64,000 nt of DNA, taken from Catajapyx aquilonaris. Its lineage: Eukaryota. The position numbers were made by a program, and so were the translations under genes. The notes under the pieces were generated by a model. It was not told the origin of the DNA and made no database searches. It saw only the letters and a list, made by a program, of their open reading frames with translations. Shown here one piece after another: positions 26,238 to 39,538 of this stretch (within the stretch, counting starts at the first letter, position 1; each line of letters begins with the position of its first letter). The stretch covers positions 1-64,000 of the forward strand of contig JYFJ02001928.1 of the NCBI GenBank assembly GCA_000934665.2, given 5' to 3'.

Positions 26238-27565
26238 TTACATCCTCCTGCCGTAAGTGCTGGAGGCAGGCTGGGTGAGCTGAAGTCCACTGATGGTGTG
26301 GAAATCAAGCATCTTAAGCATCTCCTTGGTCTCAGGGTCAACCTCGATGATGTCCTGCTCCAGGGCAGACACCTCTGGAACGTAGTTCTCCCTGCGCTCC
26401 CTCTCCTCCTCCTGCAGCTTGATCGAGATGCCTCTCACGGGGCCATGCTGCACACGCTTCATTAAGTGGGTCACAAACCTGCGAAATTAAGAATGACATT
26501 ACCCACTCGTACTCACACGAGATGTGTGCAGGCCTTCTCATACTCACCCTGCGATCTTGTTCCGGAGGCGCTTGCTGGGTATGATGGCAATGTCCTCGCA
26601 GATACGCTTGTTGGTCTGGAAGTCCAGGGTCAGCCGCGTGTAATACTTCTCAATGATCACACGCGCCGCCTTCTTCACCGTCTTGGTGCGAACTCCTCCC
26701 TGTCACCAAAACCACTAATTACTTTCACAAAAATTCACGCATCATGCTCTTTAAACACATCCATCAAGTTAATTAATAAATAGGTTATGACATCAGCCAT
26801 CATTTTAACTAATAAATTACGTTAATAACATACAGGGTGTCCCATAAGTCTGGACCACAAGATACATCTTACTCCCAGAACGTCAATCAGGCACTACACA
26901 ATGAACATACACCACTAATACACGTCTCATCCAGGTCCAGACTTACGGGAAACCCTGCATATTATATCCATTAGCATAAAAGGCAACGTTTGTCGTCTTG
27001 TTTGTCCAGGCTTGCTTACCATGGCAACCGGTTAACATGCAACCTTATTTCCATAACATCAATGACGATCTGATTGTTGCCACAGGTTCCACTGCTAGTT
27101 AATAACATGTTATATATTATTTCGATTGATAAATTAGCCACGATCTAACTAGCCTTTTGCTTTTCATAATAATGTCTGTTTGCTTGTATGTCCAGGTTTG
27201 GTAACCACGGGGTTATGCTGCTAACGGCATAACAACATACAGTATAATTATGTATTAAATTAATGATACATAAATATACCCAGCACTTTTCCCTTTTTTA
27301 GATTGTTTGCTTGTTTGTTTGTCCATACCATGGCAACTGCTGTATGCTGCGTATTATTTTACGCATTATAATTAAATTAATTAAAGCACATTTGAACCGA
27401 CCATTTTCCGGACCGGCCCGTGACATGTTAGGGCCTTCGAATGTGTTCCATCCCCCCTGGGTCGAGTCCGGCTGGTTTATCCTTCACCGCGAGCTGGACC
27501 CGGACGGCCCGATGGCCCGACCCAGGGGCGAATCCCCCTAGATTCCCCAAGTCAGAACTCACCAT
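26238..27565 (-). CDS. RpS17: 40S ribosomal protein S17 (eS17)
   Basis: ATG-only first coding exon 27563-27565, exon 26548-26699 ([51 protein letters not shown]), exon 26238-26478 ([41 protein letters not shown]...). Confidence 0.98.
26831..26959. mobile_element. Tc1/mariner-type MITE in RpS17 intron 1
   Basis: TIRs tacagggtgtcccataagtctggacc / ggtccagacttacgggaaaccctgca (about 26 bp, few mismatches). Confidence 0.8.
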
Positions 27566-28029
27566 GATTGAATCGAACTTTTTTCCCTGATTCCAAAGGA
27601 AAAACAACGAGGCCTACTACGCGGACGTGACGTCACAACTAAACAGCTATGCTCGTTTCCCCTCCCAAAAAAGCAGCTTACGGTTCAGTAACCAGTTGAT
27701 AAACGCGATGTGATTTGCGTCCCTGCGAAGGATCAAAAGGAATATTTTTTTTTAAGGTCTGGATCAATCGAGAGAGTGTCCCGATTGATTTGTTCGGACA
27801 CGTTTCGTCCCGGTGCACGCTGGGGGGGTCGTACCGTGTCCGGTTCGGCGTTGGCTGGACGGTGAGGGCTATGGTGAGGGACTGAGGTGAGTTGGGCAAG
27901 AAGAGGGAGGGGTAGGAGGTAGACAGGGACAGAAATTCCATGCACATTAGAACAATACTGACGTCACGAACAATGGAACACTTCAGCAGTACTAAGGGTA
28001 CCCCTCTTTCCAGGCATAACGCGGCTGGG
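27566..28029. promoter_or_regulatory. Divergent promoter region RpS17 / DCAF12
   Basis: Start codons about 465 bp apart head-to-head; pyrimidine tract (gtttttcctttgg on minus, about 27593-27605) resembling a TCT/5'TOP start; CRE palindrome gtgacgtcac at 27627-27636. Confidence 0.65.
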
Positions 28030-30760
<2,731 letters not shown>

Positions 30761-31832
30761 GACTTGCTGGAGTGTTTAATAAGTCAAAAGCGTATATGTG
30801 TGTTTCCATATGCTGTGCATAAATCGTGGAGGACAATTTATATAAGTGAGTGGATATTTATGTTCATAATTGTGAAGACGAGTACATGTACCCACCCCCC
30901 CTCATCAACGACCCTTATCTCCCTTATTGTAATAAAGCTTCCATTTTTTAGCTTTTGTTTTGTGTCTCACTGCACCAATTTTGTAATTTTTTCCCTGATA
31001 TTTTTCAGATTATTGTCATGTAGAATTGGCTAGGTGTGACTTTGTCCCTTGACTAATCACCTAGGTGCATGTATCAACCATAGTTGCCACGTGGAGAATG
31101 TGTGCCAACTGGTAGTGGCATGTACTACGTTCAAGCGTGAAGAGGGCCGGGCATTGGGCATTTAATTTTTTGACAATGACACTTTTCTTCTCATTGCAAT
31201 GTATTGTTGTCAGGTGGCCATGTACAAGCTGCTGGACTGCAAGGATCTCCGGCCCATCAGCCTCCAGCCATGGTCAAGAGGGACATTTACAGGCGAAGCT
31301 GATGCTCGAGAGGCACAAGTAGGATTGCATCTGGTAACTGCCTTCATTGTTTTTTAAAAATATGAATTATTTGTGCCCACAGCAAGCAACAGCACATGAG
31401 GTAGGCGATGCTTCTGAAGCAGCAGAAGGAGGAGCAGCTCAGGAAGAGACAAGAAGCCATGGAGGAGAGGAAGAGGTAGAGGAGGGAGACGCACATGCAA
31501 AGTGAAGATGTGCAGGGAGAATAAAATACTTATTATTGTGTAATAATTGCAGGATCTTAATGTATTTTGCTGGTGTTGCTCTTCGTTTGAAGGGCATGTG
31601 TCAAGTTCAAGTTTTTCGGATTAAGGCTCGTGCACACAACCAGGCAGACCTCCCGAGAAGAAAAAAAAAACTCTTGGAAGGAAGGAAAAGAAAGTTACAA
31701 CTTGGATGCTGGGGGTCGAATGATAAGCAGACTGCATTGATGAGAAGAGACAGGTAGCGGCTATTAATCCTAACTGATATCTTGTTTACTCTCTGTTGCC
31801 AGTAAAAGGTGTGCGAGTCCTCTTAGATTTGA

Positions 31833-31870
31833 ATAATAATAATCATCATAATAATAATAATAATAAATAA
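31833..31870. repeat. (AAT/ATC)n microsatellite
   Basis: ataataataatcatcataataataataataataaataa. Confidence 0.7.
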
Positions 31871-32976
31871 ACCCTAATTTTTCACTCAAACCTCTGGTGT
31901 CTCTTCATACCAATGAAATGAAAGCCTCCAATCCTTAATCATTACAAACATTATTTGTTTTCATTTCATACTCATACTCTCTGCCCTTCAACGTAAAAAG
32001 GAGCAACAATGACTCAACAATTATTATTCGACTTTGCAACTGACAAAGGTTCGTTATGCCAGGACTTTGGGATCCTGATGGATCCGAAGCATTCCAGAGT
32101 GGTTGTCAACTGATTCGTAGATGTGGCGTACAAATCTTATTAATTTCATTTCCAGTTTGACACCTACAGAGGCATAAAGGCTTCACACACACCCTACAGC
32201 CTGAAAACGGGGGGGGGGGGGGGGGGGGGGNGTAATAATTTGAATTGTCACATTTTACTGACAGGAAAAGACACTTTTATTTTCATAATTATACCTGCAT
32301 TTCACACTGAAATTGGGACAGCTTTTTCCAGAGAAGCAACTGTCTCGCAGTGGAAAACTCATTAACATTAAACAAAAGAAAACGAAACTGAAAGTAAAGA
32401 AGAATAAATAAAGGCAGTGCGGCATGACGGCGACAGCAACAGTCCTTATACATGTTACGTACAATATGCCAAATCATGCGACTCACTCTACATTAATTAT
32501 TTTATTCTGTTTGATGGCATATTAGCACGTGCTAAACTTTTAATATAAATGACACCGTTGATGACACCAACATAAATGAACTTTTCCATTGCACTCCACA
32601 TGGGTTGGGGGTCACTTATACCTGGGGATTTAACTGCCACATGTTCTTACTTACATGTGTCTTTAAAAAATTGAGTGCATCCCAATGAATCAGCTGAATG
32701 ATTATTAACTAAGCTCTTTGGAGCGGGCCAGGCGATTCTTGCCAAATTTTAGATTTTCGCGCGAATTCTTTTTTTTCTTCTTTTCCTTGCTTTGAGCAGC
32801 ATTGATCGCCATCTGTTGTCGGGGAGTTGAGCATCCCTTGGTTCCACCTATCGGTTGGAGGCTCAACTAGGCTGCGCTTCCAACAACAGAGGCCCTTTAC
32901 CTCTCTTTTTCAGTTAATAATTCCTCTTTTTTTTGTTTGCTTTGGAAATATTTACACAAATTGGAATCTTGCAAAG

Positions 32977-35900
32977 ATGGCGTCGTCTCAGGACGCCTGG
33001 TACCTGTCCCTGCTGGGTCTGGCGGAGTATTTCCGCGTGACGTGCACCCCTCCGAACATCAAGCTGTGCATCCAGTGCCTGCAGGCCGTCTTCAACTTCA
33101 AGCCCCCTCCCAGGGTGGAGGCCCGCACCCACCTCCAGTTGGGGAACATACTCATGATGCACACCAAGAACATTGACCTCGCCAAGAACCACTTGGAACA
33201 GGCTGTCAGTGCACTCCCTCTCTGGTCTTTATGCCTCGGAATGGCTGGGTGGGGCAGGCGCATTGCCGGGGCGGGGTTGTGGCCGATGACACTTTGCCTC
33301 GGAGGGCATGCAATTGCGTTGGGCAGTGGAGAGGGTTCAAGTCGTACGGGTCTTAGCTGTCATCAGTCAAATGACGACTAATAAAAGCATTGAGTTGTAC
33401 AGTAATAAAGCGGAAAGAAGCATCGTCCTCATACTTTTAAAAAGGGGCAATATTTTGAATGTAATTCTTTCAAACGCAGAGAAGATGTCACAAAGGGCCA
33501 AGTGTTTGAAACCACCGAACATGTATATGCTCGTGGTGTCAATACCATTAATTGATTGGATCAGTAATATGTTACACGTTCAACAGTAATAAAATTTAAA
33601 ACCCCAAAATTGCTTTTATGGTGCTTCCGTCCCATCAGATTTCAATGCATAAAATATATCACCTGAAGCATGAGCTCACTATTATATTGGGAGATATTTA
33701 GAAGATGCTCTGTCTTGTGCTAAGATGTTATTTCATTTTTAAAAGCTTCTTCATGTACAAGCCTTGTACAAGAAAGTTGTGGGAGGTGCCATCCCATTCG
33801 ATGAGATCAGCAATTATGAGTGCGAGAGTAGTAGAGAGGCATGATGTCATGCCATTTTTTACAAGTGCAACAGAGACATGTTGTGAGAATGATGCAATTC
33901 TTTGCAGATCCAAGTTTTGACTTTAAAATTTACATTTCCCCATGGCACTGGTACAGTGTCCAATGTGGGTTTGTGCATTAATTAGCAGTGCTTATAATCA
34001 TCGCAATTTATTAGTGTTTTATAAGACCGAAGAGTTGTTAAGTAAAAAGCGTTACTTTCTCATGTGCTAGAAGTATTAATGTAATGGGCAGTTTATCTAA
34101 CGAAAGTACTGCTAATGAAAATAGATTAAAAATCAATTTAATGACTCGCATTGGATGGATTCTAACAGCATTGTGTATTCCAGTGGTATCTGTCACAAAA
34201 CATCAATGCATTTGACGACGTGAAGTTCGAAGCTGCCAGTGTCCTGGCAGATCTGTATGAGCAGCAGAACCAGTCCAATACTGCCAAGCCAATCCTCAGG
34301 AAAGCCATCGAACTCTCACAGCACAGCGTCTACTGGCATTGTAGACTCATCTTCCAGCTTGCGGTAGGTGACAGGTTTCAATGAACGGAACGAGGAATTG
34401 GAAAGTGTGATATTATGAAACAGAAGGATAGGATAGGATAGTTAAAAAAGAAGCACATGTATTCTGTAATGACTCATAAGTGTGTTCTGATGTTGCAGCA
34501 AATTCATGCCAATGAGAAGGATTACGTTGTAGCCTGCAGCTTGCTGGGTGTTGGAGTCGATTATGCCCATCTCTCAGGAGCAAACTACACCAGGGTGCTT
34601 TTCCTTCTCAGTAAAGGGATGGTGAGTACATCTTATATTACCTGGAATATTATGATTTACGCAATCTGCACAGGTAACATTCTTGCTGCACTTAACGATA
34701 ATGGTTTACATTATATCTGCTGTACCACCGAAGCAAGTTGGTGTGGTGGTTAACGAGCCCGTCTGCTAATCAGGAGGTCCTGGGTTTGAATCCCAGGGCC
34801 GGCAACCCTGACTGTGGTTTTCTGTGGTTTTCCACGGTCTATCTAGGATAATCCCGGGGTTGTTTCCGTATAATAGGCCACAGTCGCCTCCTTCCTTCCC
34901 TATCCTTGGCCCCATTCAATGGTGGTACTCAACCCCCCTAATGGAGTGCCGATTCTCCCAATGGGGTCTAAATAAAGAAAAATAAAGAAAACAAGAAATA
35001 TCTGCTATACCTGTTTGTAGCAGATGGACACCATCATCGATTTTCATACATGCTAGAGTCCATTCGGGATTATTTATTTATAGGAATTTTGCTAGGTATG
35101 GGACCAAATAAGGTTTAAAAGTTAATATGTTTTTGTTTTTTCATAGCTCCTCCTGATAGACAAGAAGTTCCAGGAGGTGCACCCATTGCTCCAACAAGCA
35201 GGCCATCTAGTGGAGACATGGCAAGGGAACCAGCATCAGAAGGAATACCTGAAAGTGTTCTTCCTAGTGCTGCAGGTGTGCCACTACCTGATGGCCGGAC
35301 AAGTCAAAACTGTCAAGCCTTGCCTCAAGCAGCTCCAGCAGAGCATCCAGACCATCACCCAGCCAGCATGGCCAGCGGATGAGGAGCTTAGCTCGAGCAG
35401 CGTGGGTGACATGTTCATATGGATGCCCAAGGAGCACTTGTGCGTGCTTGTTTACCTCATTACTGTCATGCACTCCATGCAGGTGAGCAAAATCCATGGC
35501 CTCAGAAAAAGAGTGTATCCATTTTTTAATTAGAAAGGATGGGAAAGCTAGTGATAATTTAATGTTACGTACAGGGTAGTCCAACTGAAATGGGTTACAA
35601 CTGTATAGATGATTAATTATATTTGAAAAAAATTGTGATTGACGAAAAGCTCTTTCTTTGCAGGCCGGCTACATGGACAAGGCGCAGAAGTACACTGACA
35701 AAGCCCTGATGCAGATAGAAAAGCTCAAGATTGTGGACAGCAAACCGATTCTGCATACTTTTCAGCTGCTGTTGTTGGAGCATATAATCACTTGCAGACT
35801 GGTGATGGGGAACAAGACTCAGGCACTCCAGGAGATCAGCCAGGCTTGTGCCCTGTGTCAGAGTCATCCAAGGCTGTTCAACTCACACAGAGCACCCTTG

Positions 35901-37297
35901 CACACTCTTCTGGGTCTATATGCCATGAGCATGAATTGCATGGAGGCAGCAGAAGCACAATTCACAGCTTCATTGCAGGTAATTAGGGACGTAATCAGAA
36001 AGATGATTGATCAGTGTATGTGGGTGCACATGACTGTATATGTGCATGCTTGCTTCTGTACCTCTGTGGCAGTACTAGTGAAAAGTCAGGACTAAAACTA
36101 GTACCATTCTGTGATGGAAAACATTAGACCTGTGACAGTATGTACCTAGAAAGAATATTAAAGCAAATGTTCGTAAGTGCAATGTGTCAAGAAATGAGGG
36201 GCGTAGTTAAATATCCTTGCTAGGATAGCAAATGGCACTACCTCCACCCACCACCACCCCATCTTAGTCGATTACAACTGATGAAAAAACATGCAAAAAT
36301 GTGTTTGAAAATCAACCCACATTTCATTCCCAAAGACATTTCACTTAAACTTATTTGGGCAGTATTTACATGCGAGTGATTTGCTCAGCAATGAAACTGA
36401 TTTCAATCGATTTTTACCCCAAACAATTGGCTTCCTTGCTCGATGATGCGAATCACTTGCATGTAAACTGTAAACTGAAATTGATGTAACTTTTCTCGAA
36501 CCTATTCACAAGTTGATGTTGGATTTTTTTCTAGACATCCCAGGAACGGGAGCTGTGGACGTTTGTGAACCTGAATCTGGCCATAGTGTACCTGCGCACC
36601 AAAAGAGAGCAGGAGTTCCAGCATCTGTTGGAACGAATCAATCCAGAAACATTGCCTTCCCATTCTCACAGCCTTAGGGCAGCAGCATACTATGTCCAAG
36701 GCTTGCAGTCCTTCTTCCAGGCCAGATTCAATGAGGCCAAGTACGTTATCGTATACGTGAGAAGTTCTTCATAAGAAATTACACGATGCTTTATTTTCAG
36801 GCGCTACCTGAGGGAGACCCTCAAGATGGCCAATACAGAGGACCTGAACCGACTGACTTCGTGCTCCCTGGTTCTGCTAGGTCACATCTTCCTCTCCCTT
36901 GGCAACAGTCGAGAGAGCATGAATATGGTCACCCCTGCCATGCAGCTAGCCAGCAAAATCCCTGATGTCCATGTGCAGCTCTGGGCTTCAGCCATTCTCA
37001 AAGGTAACATGACTTCCCTTACGCTCCTCATGGACATTCAAGATAATGTAAACGTTGGTCACCTTTCCCTAATTGTGCTTTCTTTCACTAGACCTGTACA
37101 GATTATCTGGTGACCCCACACGAGAGAATGATGCCTTCCAGATGCACTGCACCTACTCCCAAACCCTCCTGAAGGACCACTTCCAGTCTTCTCAGTTGAA
37201 TGAGCATAACCTCATCAATTGGACTGATGGAGATTTCCCTTTGCCTGTGGGAGGAGTGACTGTAGGGACTCCCTCGACTTCGGGGCCCATTATGTGA
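32977..37297 (+). CDS. MAU2: MAU2 cohesin loading factor (Scc4)
   Basis: [20 protein letters not shown]...[66 protein letters not shown]. Exons 32977-33204, 34184-34363, 34499-34621, 35147-35482, 35664-35978, 36535-36740, 36801-37003, 37092-37297. Confidence 0.97.
34727..34997 (+). mobile_element. tRNA-derived SINE in MAU2 intron 3
   Basis: A-box-like tggtgtggtggt, B-box-like ggtttgaatccc, A-rich tail, 14-bp TSD atatctgctRtacc (34713-34726 / 34998-35011, one mismatch). Confidence 0.88.
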
Positions 37298-39538
37298 AGT
37301 GAGTTAAAAACAGCAACAATGCAATCAAACATAAAGGACCTTCAGAAGTGTACATGTGCGAGAAAAGGAAGTTGAGGTTTCGCAGTACACCGTCTCATTG
37401 GATGATCTCATTAAGTTCCAAGGGCGGGGGGAAACTTTCGTTTCACGAGAAGCCATGATTTAGAGACTGGAGTTTTTTTAAGTTATGCCAAGATTGCAGA
37501 CTGGTGTTTTTTTAAAGTTTTAGATATTTTGTGTGTAGCCAGACAATAGCTTGTGTCGTAATAAAATGGTAGCAGCCAAGCCTTGTTCAAGCATGAACTA
37601 GCAAATCTAGTCTGAATTATTTATTTTCAGAGTTTATCACAACAAGGGGTACAAAAGAATTTCTCTGGAATGTCAATTCTTTTAGAAATTATTTGAATTT
37701 TATAAACATTTGCATTTTTCCCCTCGTGCCGAATCTGCTGGGCCACATCCATGCTGTATCACTTGTAAACCCACACTATAGAACGGACATAATCCAGTGA
37801 TCAATCACATGATGAGCCATTACTGATGCCTCTTGGTCACATTTGGGAACCTTCTTTGAGCATGTAACAAAGCGAAAGTGTAGGCCCAGCACAAAGCTTT
37901 GCATGTTGAAATGACTCAGGTTTTTACACAGGTTCGGAGCTTTATTTTAAATCGTTACCTGTGTTTCTTATCTTACACACTTCGTCACATTATAAAAATA
38001 CATTTATAAAGATGGAACTGGGGTGAGTGATAATAATACATACACTTTTGCTTCGAAGCTTATTTTCAAACATCCATATCACAAACCCTGTAAAGCTGAT
38101 GTAAATTTAAATGGGCTTTTCCATCAAGTTTTGGTAACAATAGAGATCAAGAGTTAATTTGTCACATTGAAGCTGATAAAAAATATCTTACCACTGTAAA
38201 ATGCTTGTAAGGTTATGTAAAAGTTTAAAGGTGCTTGGACATGCAAACATAATGTATATCATGTACAATTTTCACACCACCGTGATATGTTTGGTTGGAA
38301 ATGTTTGAAAATAGTGCAGGCGACTGATACCTTCGGTTGTGTTGTTTACAATCAGAAGCAGTCACATGAACTACTTCAAACTGTGGGACTGAAAAATCAT
38401 CTCACAGGTGAGACAATTGGTGGCCAATTTGTGAACCTGCCTTAGGTATGGTAGTACATTACATTTTGAAGAAGAATCTGGCATTTGCAATGCATTTTGC
38501 ATTTACACAGTGTCCGAGTTACGGTGACCTGACCATAAAGGCCTGCGCCAAAAATTTGCATTTACACTTGGACTAAAACTTCAGAGTCAAACGCCAGCAT
38601 TATGATTAACAGAAAGTTCCCAGAATGTACTGATTACTTGAATATCTTGATAAGTATACAGATGCACTTCAAGGTGTAACTGCATACAATCCTAATGATC
38701 AGTTTACCAAGTGGAATTGTCGTGTGCACTCCTGGATGTGTGCTGCAAATGCTTTTGTGAACACATGTTATATCTTAAAGGTAGCCGAGTTATCTGTAAG
38801 TTGTGGGAACTTTTTGATAGCACTGGATGCAATACTTTACCTTTCTTTTGTTTAGGGAAGAGCGAGCAAAACGCTAATCGGAGACTTGATTTCTGAAATG
38901 TGTAAGTGACAAAAGGTAATGCTGCAGCATGGACACTGCTAAAACTGACTGAGCTTCTATGACTTTTGAAGATTCCATATTTCTTTTGCAGCAGTGCTTC
39001 CTGTTGAGAAACCTCACTAACTGCCAATTGAAATTGTAAAAAGTCTTGAGACTCGAAATGTGGCCTGCACAGGATGAGATTTTCGTTAGGTAATCATCTC
39101 AGTAGCAACAATGCTTAAAAAGACGTGCTACACTAACAAGCAAGATACATCCAAAGCATGCACTTTATCAGATTTCATTTTCTTAATAGTATTTTCTTCC
39201 TTCAGCATTATAATGGAAGTGAGATTTGCCATGGTTTTTAATGGGATTCTATGCGTTCAGGTCTTGGTCACTTCTTTTATCAAATTTTCCATCCCACTCA
39301 AAACACTGCTATCTTTCAGACACTGACTGCCAGTTACTGTTACTGGTATTGTATCTTGTCTTAAGTCATTCTGCTACAGTAGTTACGGTGTCAGTAGTCA
39401 CTGTGTACGTGTATGACTAGTACACTTCAACCCTCGGTCAGAATACCATACCAGGTGTGCCAAGACCATAACTTGCAAGAAAGCGCATCAAGCCTTTTCT
39501 TGTAGCTTCATTATTTTAAGTCTGCTCCACCCTGAGCA

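Noticed and set aside
31071..31090. INHSC resembling the SET-domain motif
   Set aside because: Five residues only, and the flanking SET motifs (PN, GEELxxDY) are absent.
34727..34802. tRNA gene
   Set aside because: No complete cloverleaf; continues into a SINE body with tail and TSD.
38704..39420. Short ORFs between MAU2 and the sphingomyelinase
   Set aside because: No motifs or splice structure; likely 3' UTR or intergenic.
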